Source: Naegleria gruberi
Lineage: Eukaryota
Direction: 5' to 3' (one strand)
DNA length: 64,000 bases
Assembly (NCBI GenBank): GCA_000004985.1
Contig: GG738903.1
Shown here piece by piece: positions 57,394 to 64,000 of this stretch (positions within the stretch are counted from its first letter, which is position 1; every line of letters starts with the position of its first letter). A program made the translations under genes and the position numbers. Under the pieces are notes generated by a model. That model had not been told where the DNA came from, ran no database searches, and was given only the letters and a program-made list of their open reading frames with translations.

Positions 57394-58738
57394 ATGTTCG
57401 ACAAGCCAACCCACACAATTTCACTGATCGGGCAAACAGGCAGTGGTAAATCAACACTTTTAGGTCAACTATTGTATCAGATGGGATATATTTTAGATGA
57501 ACAATTAGAAGAAATTTCAAAAACTGCCGATAAATTAGGAAAACCAAATTGTAAATATTCCTTCCTGGTCAACTCAACCAGAAAGGAGAGGGAATGTGCA
57601 TCAACAAGTCAATTATCATTTAGACAAGTGGAAACTAAAAATTATTTCTGTAATTTAATTGACACACCAGGTAGGAATTATTTGAATTTATTGAAACAAT
57701 CAAATTTTTGGAATATTGAAAGGAAGTGAAATTTATATGAAAAAAACAATTCGTGCCTTGGCAATTTCGAATACACTAATTGCAGTAATTGATCCGAGAG
57801 AAGTCGAATTCAAAAGGAGCATCAATCGGCTTGATGGAATATTGACACAGTACATGCTTTCTCCCATAGTTACCAGTTCACAAATTATTTGTTGTGTCAA
57901 TTTAATGGATCATCTAGAAATTAATTATTCAGAGCAAGTCTTTGTGAAAACAGTTAGTGAACTTTCAAAAATCTTGAAAAGAACAGGATCGTCTTCAGTA
58001 GATATCATTCCAATTTCTGCTTATTGTGGAGATAATATTGTGGAACTATCTGATAAAACACCATGGTATGAGGGTAAATGTCTGTTGGATGCTTTGAATT
58101 CATTGAAACCAACAGTAAATAATTTGGAACTAAGTTTAAGAATTCCAATTTTGGATGTTAAAAAAATAAGTGGAGTTGGAACAGTTGTTTATGGAAAAGT
58201 TGTAGCAGGGATACTAAAAATGGAATCAAAAATAGTATTGGCTAATTCTAATATTGAAAATGCAAGAATTGCATCTATTGAATCATTTGGAAAGCGATTG
58301 GAAGAAGCAAAATCTGGTCAACTGGTGGCTATCAACTTGCGTAATGTCTTACACAGCTCAATCAAATCAGGAGATGTAATATTAGAGGAAGGAAAATCTA
58401 CTGGTATGGTAACTCGCTTCTTTGAAGCAAATATTTTAAACATTGACCATCCAAAAGGCATTCATCCAAATTACCAACCTACAATTCAATTACAGGCTAC
58501 TCAAGCTAAATGTAAATTGGTTACTATTAAGGAAAGCTCTTGTCATAGGATTTTGAAGGAATATTTTCCCCCCTTTATTAAGAGAAACTATTTAGGAGTG
58601 GTTGAGTGTGAATTAGACAAAGCTTGTTATTTGGATACGGATGCATTTTGTAGATTTTTTATTAGAGATTTTAGGAAGGTGATAGGATTTGGCGCGATTA
58701 CTCGTGTTGGAGTTGAACAAGTTGAAAGTAATAAATAA
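57394..58738 (+). CDS. Highly divergent eEF1A/EF-Tu-family translational-GTPase-like protein, join(57394..57670,57723..58738)
   Basis: G1 ISLIGQTGSGKSTLLGQLLYQMGYI (cf. GHVDSGKST), G3 region LIDTPG-SEIY (PGH replaced, no His), G4 CVNLMDH (cf. NKMD), 52-nt GTAGGA..AG intron restores the eEF1A-like alignment (YMKKTIRALAISNTLIAVID cf. IKNMITGTSQADCAVLII); domains II/III recognisable (ISGVGTVVYGKVVAG). Confidence 0.6.
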
Positions 58739-59287
58739 TGTTTCTAATATTATTATCAAGAACTTTGCATTTACATTTGGTTTTGCTGCCCAAGTCAGAG
58801 CTTTCGGATTGAACAAGGATTTTATTGATACTCAAATCATATATGTGGATTTTGAAGCTGGAATGATGAGAATTGATGCTGAGATTTCCTTTGCTCCAAT
58901 TACAGACATTCCAGTCTCTGTCATTACCAAGTCCTCTGGTCACGGAACTGACTATGTCATTGAGGAATTCTTTAACTGGAACCATGGTTCAAAAGCCATC
59001 CCCATCAACAGATATGCCATTAAAAAGCAATAAACTGTTACAATCAATACATTTGGCAAATCATGTCCACATCATTAAAATTCAATTTTTCATTGAATTT
59101 ATAAATAAAATGTTTTGGAATGATATCAATATCCGAATAGAATAGAATTTCGTCATGCCACACTACATATTTTAATGAGGGAGCACAGCTTTCCATTCCA
59201 TTTATGCTTTGAATCTTGACCACCTTTCGATTATTATTCGAAAACACGGCGTATTCCACTATTTTCCATAATCGAACAAAAAATTCT

Positions 59288-60316
59288 CTAAAATAACTTA
59301 CTGGTAGAAAGAATGTAAACATCATTATAAATAATATAAGCATCAAAGATTGATTGAGGTGAAAAATCAATCTCCACAATCTTTCTCCAAACATCTATAG
59401 TTCCCATAAATGATCCAGCAATGAATATTTCGTGAGCAATAGTCATGGCCAATGAAATATTTTGGCCAGCAGAGAGTCCAATAATTTCATTATCTGAAGG
59501 TAAATCGAGAGGTTTCGGATTAGTGATGCAAAAGTGTTTTTCATAGCCAAGTTGTTTGTGATCGTTATTTCCCCAAACAAGTCCGTTACCATCCTCAAAT
59601 ACAGCAAGGCAATTAGCAAAACCAGAGGCAATAATCTTGACCCTTCTTCCTTTGATTTTACTATTCGAAATCTTTGTCATATCATGTGCTCTATCACCAC
59701 TACAAGCCAATTGACCAAATCCTGAATTTCCACAAAAATACAGCTCTCTATTCATATCTAAAAAGTAACTGTGGCCATAACCTGTCTTTACATCCACCAA
59801 TTCATCATTTCTCTGTACCAATTCAAACCTCAAATCGGCCATCGATGGCGATCCAATTGTCGTTCCAGCTTGATTCCATGTATTGTAAGTAGTGGCTCCA
59901 TATAAATTTCCCAATCTAGTTTTTAATATCACATTAATTGGCGAAATCTCAAAATCCACAACAAATTCATGTTCCAAATCAACAGGTTTCCACTTTTGCT
60001 CAACATGCACATAAATCCTTCCCTTCCTCGTTAAAACAATCATTGAATCGGAAGTCATTTTCCCCATCATGTAAATATCATCAGTTATTCCCTCCTCATA
60101 ATATTCCGATTTTGATAAGAAGACTTGTGTTGGTTTAGTATCATCTCTCATCAAATAATTATTAAAATCTAATTGTGATCGTTGAATGGGAGATCGTTGA
60201 TCCAGATGATGATGATGATTAGCATGAACAATATTTTGCTTTTTCATTGGTTTCTTCTTGTTGGCTTTTAGTTTTTTTGTTGTTGGAGCCGTAAACAATG
60301 AGGTGATAAAGTTCAT
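59288..60316 (-). CDS. RCC1-like repeat (beta-propeller) protein
   Basis: Repeats such as GYGHSYFLDMNRELYFCGNSGFGQLA, FANCLAVFEDGNGLVWGNNDHKQLG, GQNISLAMTIAHEIFIAG. Confidence 0.55.
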   Translation of the reverse strand: MNFITSLFTAPTTKKLKANKKKPMKKQNIVHANHHHHLDQRSPIQRSQLDFNNYLMRDDTKPTQVFLSKSEYYEEGITDDIYMMGKMTSDSMIVLTRKGRIYVHVEQKWKPVDLEHEFVVDFEISPINVILKTRLGNLYGATTYNTWNQAGTTIGSPSMADLRFELVQRNDELVDVKTGYGHSYFLDMNRELYFCGNSGFGQLACSGDRAHDMTKISNSKIKGRRVKIIASGFANCLAVFEDGNGLVWGNNDHKQLGYEKHFCITNPKPLDLPSDNEIIGLSAGQNISLAMTIAHEIFIAGSFMGTIDVWRKIVEIDFSPQSIFDAYIIYNDVYILSTSKLF

Positions 60317-60629
60317 CTCGGTTGTCTATCTATTTTTTTTGTTGTTGTAATTTTAGAATGAAGTTTACAAAAATGTTGTGCTGTTGGCAATTAATTCAGT
60401 ATGGAATGAGGAATAATAGTTGTAAAGTAACAAAATAATTAGTCCCAAATAGATGGTAAATAGAATGAATTGTTACGTCCCAATCGCATAGAAAATTTAA
60501 TGTTCGATTTATTTGAGCTATTAAATAATCCGCCAAGCGCAAGCACAAATCCAAATGGAGACATTTCAGAAATACTATTTAATTTCTAATGTTTCACAAC
60601 TATTCGAAACAAACAACAATCAAAACAAA

Positions 60630-61178
60630 ATGTCTAAAACTCTTGTATTCTTCTTCCACGAAAGATTTGAAAGCTCTCAAGCCAATCGTTCCATGATAAA
60701 GGCCTTGTCAACTCTTGACAATATTGAAATTGTAAACATGCATCAAATATTTACTGAAAATGGTAACAAGTTTGATTCCAATTCAGATATTCAAAGACTT
60801 TTGAATGCAGACAGAATTATCTTTCAATTTCCAATCCAATGGTACTCAATGCCAGCTTTTATGAAACAATGGATTGATGAAACCTTTACTAGAATGTACT
60901 ATATTCGATATGGAGAGGAAGGATTGAAAATGGAGGGAAAGAAATTTATGATATCTGTTACTGCTGGTAATTTTGAGGAGGCATACACTCCACAAGGTCA
61001 GAATTTGATTCCACTCGATGACTTGTTGAATCCATTGAAAGCTCTCGCTCACAGATGTAAATTACAATGGAGTGAACCATTCATTTCCTATCGTGCCAAT
61101 AAGAAATCAGTTGAAGAATTGGAAGAAACTGCCGAACAATATCGTCAATTTGTTTCCAAATGGATGGAAAAGTATTAA
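60630..61178 (+). CDS. Flavodoxin-like fold NAD(P)H dehydrogenase (quinone)-family protein
   Basis: MSKTLVFFFHERFESSQANRSMI...ADRIIFQFPIQWYSMPAFMKQWIDETF pattern typical of the flavodoxin-like fold family (PF02525-like), from memory. Confidence 0.55.
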   Translation: MSKTLVFFFHERFESSQANRSMIKALSTLDNIEIVNMHQIFTENGNKFDSNSDIQRLLNADRIIFQFPIQWYSMPAFMKQWIDETFTRMYYIRYGEEGLKMEGKKFMISVTAGNFEEAYTPQGQNLIPLDDLLNPLKALAHRCKLQWSEPFISYRANKKSVEELEETAEQYRQFVSKWMEKY

Positions 61179-61312
61179 CTCATCTGTAAATAATCAAAGA
61201 AATGGATCAATTTCTATTATAATAAATACTTTATATTAAATGCAATATATTTCGCCAGCTAAGGTTCGCAAGGGTTGAGTACCTTGATAAACGTTAATTT
61301 AAGAAAGTTGAT

Positions 61313-61430
61313 GGCTACGGCCATATCACGATGAATGCACCTCATCCCGTCCGATTTGAGAAGTTAAGCATCGTCGAGCCACATCAGTACTGAGGTTGGA
61401 GACAACTTGGGAACCTGTGGTGCTGTAGTC
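61313..61430 (+). rRNA. 5S ribosomal RNA gene (dispersed copy)
   Basis: ggctacggccatatcac...cccgtccgat...gttaagc...ggttggagacaacttgggaacctgtggtgctgtagtc with conserved 5S boxes (ACGGCCATA, CCCGTCCGAT, GTTAAGC), terminal helix pairing, followed by TTTTT. Confidence 0.8.
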
Positions 61431-61436
61431 TTTTTG
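61431..61436 (+). terminator. Pol III terminator T-run after 5S gene
   Basis: tttttg immediately 3' of 5S. Confidence 0.6.
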
Positions 61437-61477
61437 AAACTAACCTTATTGCAAACTTATTTTTCGGCCTTACTGAA

Positions 61478-63961
61478 CTAAGGTTTTCGTTTTTTGGAAC
61501 ACTCATGAGTTGTGAAAATTTGTTTCCTCAAACATTTTTCAATTTCTATGGGCAACTTATCCAAGCTTGACATTGCGTCTGCATGCAACCCCGGCCCAAT
61601 AAACGGTTCCAAGAATCTATAGATTGTTTGTTGATTCTCTTTGAATATTGTTGCATAACTGAGAATTGAAATTTTGAATAGATTATTGTCTGTCATGTGT
61701 TGAACTACTTCACGCAAGCTTTCTATCCTAAATCTAATCTTAAAACACGGTGAAAACCCACATCTTGCAACATGTCCTTGCACATCCATATAAATTTCAT
61801 CATTTTTCCTGATTCTGAAAATGCGTCTAATGAAATAGTCATAAATCATGCCAGTGACTGCATTGTCCTTGAATGTTTGAGATTTTGCTTCCAAGTCTTG
61901 AATTGAAAAATTGTCAGGCATTCTATGCACTGATTTTGGAATGAGTATGAAACCAGTGTAATTACTAATTGGGCAATATTCAATGATACTAGAGTTATAG
62001 TCAATTTTTGGTACTAATGCTCCATTGTTTTCATTGTTTTGATTATTGAGGAAGGAATTCTTGAAAATTTTCATAAAATTATTCAATACAAAAGCATGGT
62101 GAGAATATCTTTGAAAGCTCAGTATCACATTTTCTCCATTAGCAAGTTCCAATTCAATAGTTGAATAATCTTCAGATTTAGTTATTAAATAAATACCAGG
62201 TTTGACTTCTTTCATTGTAAACGGTATCAAGAATGGAAAATCAATTTGTATTGATTGCACCGTATCAAGATAATCCAAAAATGAGCTCTGATATCTTATT
62301 ATTTTGTAATATTCAGTGTCAATCATTTTCAAATATTTCATTAGGATTAGTTTGCAGACTGCATAGGAAGATTCCACTTTCAGAAGCCAAAATAATTGAT
62401 TTCCAAATAATTTTGATTTCAGACATCTATTCTTGAGAAGGTATTCAGCTAAAACTCCATATTCATTCTCGTATTTGATACAATGAACAAGAAATGGTAA
62501 AATATCAGAAAATAAATCATCTGATGTTTCTTCTAGGCATTTGATTAATACCAGTTTCGAAAATATTCCAATATTCTCGGAGAAGAGTGATATCATCTCA
62601 ATAATATTTGGTTTCTTCCATTTTCCTAATGTTTGGTTAGCTTCATAAATGATCATTGGGGTTTCGAATGAAATTCCATAAAGAAATGGAACAAAATGCG
62701 AAGGCTCATTCATATCCCACTTATTTCCTTCCAAATAAGTTTCTAAATTTGAATCACTCACATTGTTTTGAATCAAAGATAATGGATGGTTTGGTATTCT
62801 ATCAAAATCATATTCAATAATTGAATCATAAGTTGGAAACTCAATGTCTAGAGAAATTTGTGAGTTTTTTGCACCTTTTGCAAAAAGCCTGACATTCCCT
62901 TGAAGTAATTTCATATTTGAATCAAAAACTGGACATTCAAAGTGATCTTTAAAAACAACTTTTCTTGGTAATCCAGTTTCAGAACACTCTGTTTCCATAA
63001 CAAGTGAAAAATCGATGCAATAATCACATGATATTTCTGAAATTAGTGAATCAAATAAAACCTCTTCATTCCAATCTAAGCAACTCAAACTTTGAGGAAA
63101 GATATTTCTTGTTTTGTGAATTTCTTTCTTATTATTCCTTCCAACTATGGAATATTCAATTGTAAAGGAAAGAGGTTTTTGGTATTTAAATTCAAAATCC
63201 TTGAATGTGAGACCACAGAGTTGATTAATCCTCATTTTCATTCTCTCATTGATTTGGAAAGATGATACAGTATCATTTGTTTGATTGGTTTCTAATATTT
63301 TAATATCCGAAAGTGAATCAAGGAATGCAACATTACTTTCAAAATCCGCATTGGCAGTATTTACAGATTTTCCAATATCAATAAATCTAATTCTATCCCT
63401 TTTTAGCCCTATTCCACAAACAATCTCACTCTCATGATCTTTCAAACGGCTGTTATTCATGGATAGATAAATCAATGATGGCATATTCTCAATAATGGAA
63501 ATTGCTTTCGTACAAAGACGATTTTCAGAAATATTTAATCGTTTCAAATTCTTCCATTCATATTCCTCAAATATTGAATCAATACCACAGTCTGGAACGT
63601 CAAGACTGGTCAATTGTTCCAAATCACAAATATTCTTGATTAAATGAAAATCAATGAGACCAAATGTTGAAATTTTTAGTCTTTTCAGCTTGAGAGGTTT
63701 GAATTCTGTGATAGTTTCCAAGAAATCCTTCCAAATTGATTTACTTGAAATGGTAAGGCTGACTAAATTATTGAATTCGCATTTTGCAAATTCTGAAAAG
63801 TTTTCAATATTTCCTTGTTCAAGTATAAATTCTTCTAAATTATTAGAAATTCTATTAAGGTCTTTTAAATTTACACTCAATTTTCTCAAATTACTGTATT
63901 CCAAATGTGTCAATTTGGTCATAGAATATGACCAACAGTCAAATTTAGTTCTCATTTCCAA
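61478..63961 (-). CDS. Large hypothetical protein with N-terminal leucine-rich repeats (827 aa)
   Basis: Long ORF starting at ATG near window end; N-terminal LRR-like units (LRKLSVNLKDLNRISNNLEEF..., LKRLNISENRL...); remainder unassigned. Confidence 0.45.
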   Translation of the reverse strand: MEMRTKFDCWSYSMTKLTHLEYSNLRKLSVNLKDLNRISNNLEEFILEQGNIENFSEFAKCEFNNLVSLTISSKSIWKDFLETITEFKPLKLKRLKISTFGLIDFHLIKNICDLEQLTSLDVPDCGIDSIFEEYEWKNLKRLNISENRLCTKAISIIENMPSLIYLSMNNSRLKDHESEIVCGIGLKRDRIRFIDIGKSVNTANADFESNVAFLDSLSDIKILETNQTNDTVSSFQINERMKMRINQLCGLTFKDFEFKYQKPLSFTIEYSIVGRNNKKEIHKTRNIFPQSLSCLDWNEEVLFDSLISEISCDYCIDFSLVMETECSETGLPRKVVFKDHFECPVFDSNMKLLQGNVRLFAKGAKNSQISLDIEFPTYDSIIEYDFDRIPNHPLSLIQNNVSDSNLETYLEGNKWDMNEPSHFVPFLYGISFETPMIIYEANQTLGKWKKPNIIEMISLFSENIGIFSKLVLIKCLEETSDDLFSDILPFLVHCIKYENEYGVLAEYLLKNRCLKSKLFGNQLFWLLKVESSYAVCKLILMKYLKMIDTEYYKIIRYQSSFLDYLDTVQSIQIDFPFLIPFTMKEVKPGIYLITKSEDYSTIELELANGENVILSFQRYSHHAFVLNNFMKIFKNSFLNNQNNENNGALVPKIDYNSSIIEYCPISNYTGFILIPKSVHRMPDNFSIQDLEAKSQTFKDNAVTGMIYDYFIRRIFRIRKNDEIYMDVQGHVARCGFSPCFKIRFRIESLREVVQHMTDNNLFKISILSYATIFKENQQTIYRFLEPFIGPGLHADAMSSLDKLPIEIEKCLRKQIFTTHECSKKRKP

Positions 63962-64000
63962 GGAATAAAGTTGTGGCTTAATGGATAGTCCAGCAACTTC

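Noticed and set aside
1-64000. Prokaryotic operon/defence-island interpretation of the window
   Set aside because: Frame-restoring GT-AG introns, eukaryotic tRNA/5S genes, F-box/ankyrin/RBR/nucleoporin genes and gene spacing show this is eukaryotic nuclear DNA

Overview
This is AT-rich (~65-70% AT) eukaryotic nuclear DNA, not a prokaryotic locus. Genes lie on both strands and carry short spliceosomal introns (about 40-250 nt, GTAAGT/GTATGT donors, AG acceptors), so many tabulated ORFs are exons or fragments of multi-exon genes. The window holds about 40 protein-coding genes, three Pol III tRNA genes, a dispersed 5S rRNA gene with a T-run terminator, and two assembly gaps. Recognisable genes include CTP synthase, a PSTSIRE-type CDK, an Ariadne RBR E3 ligase with a 40-nt micro-exon, a Nup205/Nup192-like nucleoporin, a Zn2Cys6 fungal-type transcription factor, a DUSP phosphatase, a GNAT, an RCC1-like protein, a flavodoxin-like NAD(P)H oxidoreductase, a 2H phosphoesterase, a TPR protein, F-box/LRR proteins, and an NHL-repeat/EGF/TM receptor kinase. 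The Zn2Cys6 cluster plus fungal_trans-like domain and the 5S sequence point to an AT-rich early-diverging fungus, but this is inference only. The most notable loci are listed here.
- An adjacent tankyrase-like PARP (ANK + coiled coil + PARP with H-Y-E triad) and a microbial-type PARG (GGG-X7-QEE) gene pair.
- An inverted, partly degenerated segmental duplication of a module made of tandem IRG/IIGP-like GTPase genes plus tRNA-Lys(CUU); it leaves pseudogene fragments at 2.2-4.0 kb and an intact copy at 36.2-38.0 kb.
- An F-box–Rab-like GTPase fusion with a degenerate catalytic site.
- A highly divergent eEF1A-like GTPase lacking the catalytic His.
- A receptor-type cyclase homolog that has lost the transition-state Arg.
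- An SDS22-like LRR gene carrying an in-frame TAA and a frameshift.
Coordinates of splice junctions are approximate (hand-derived).
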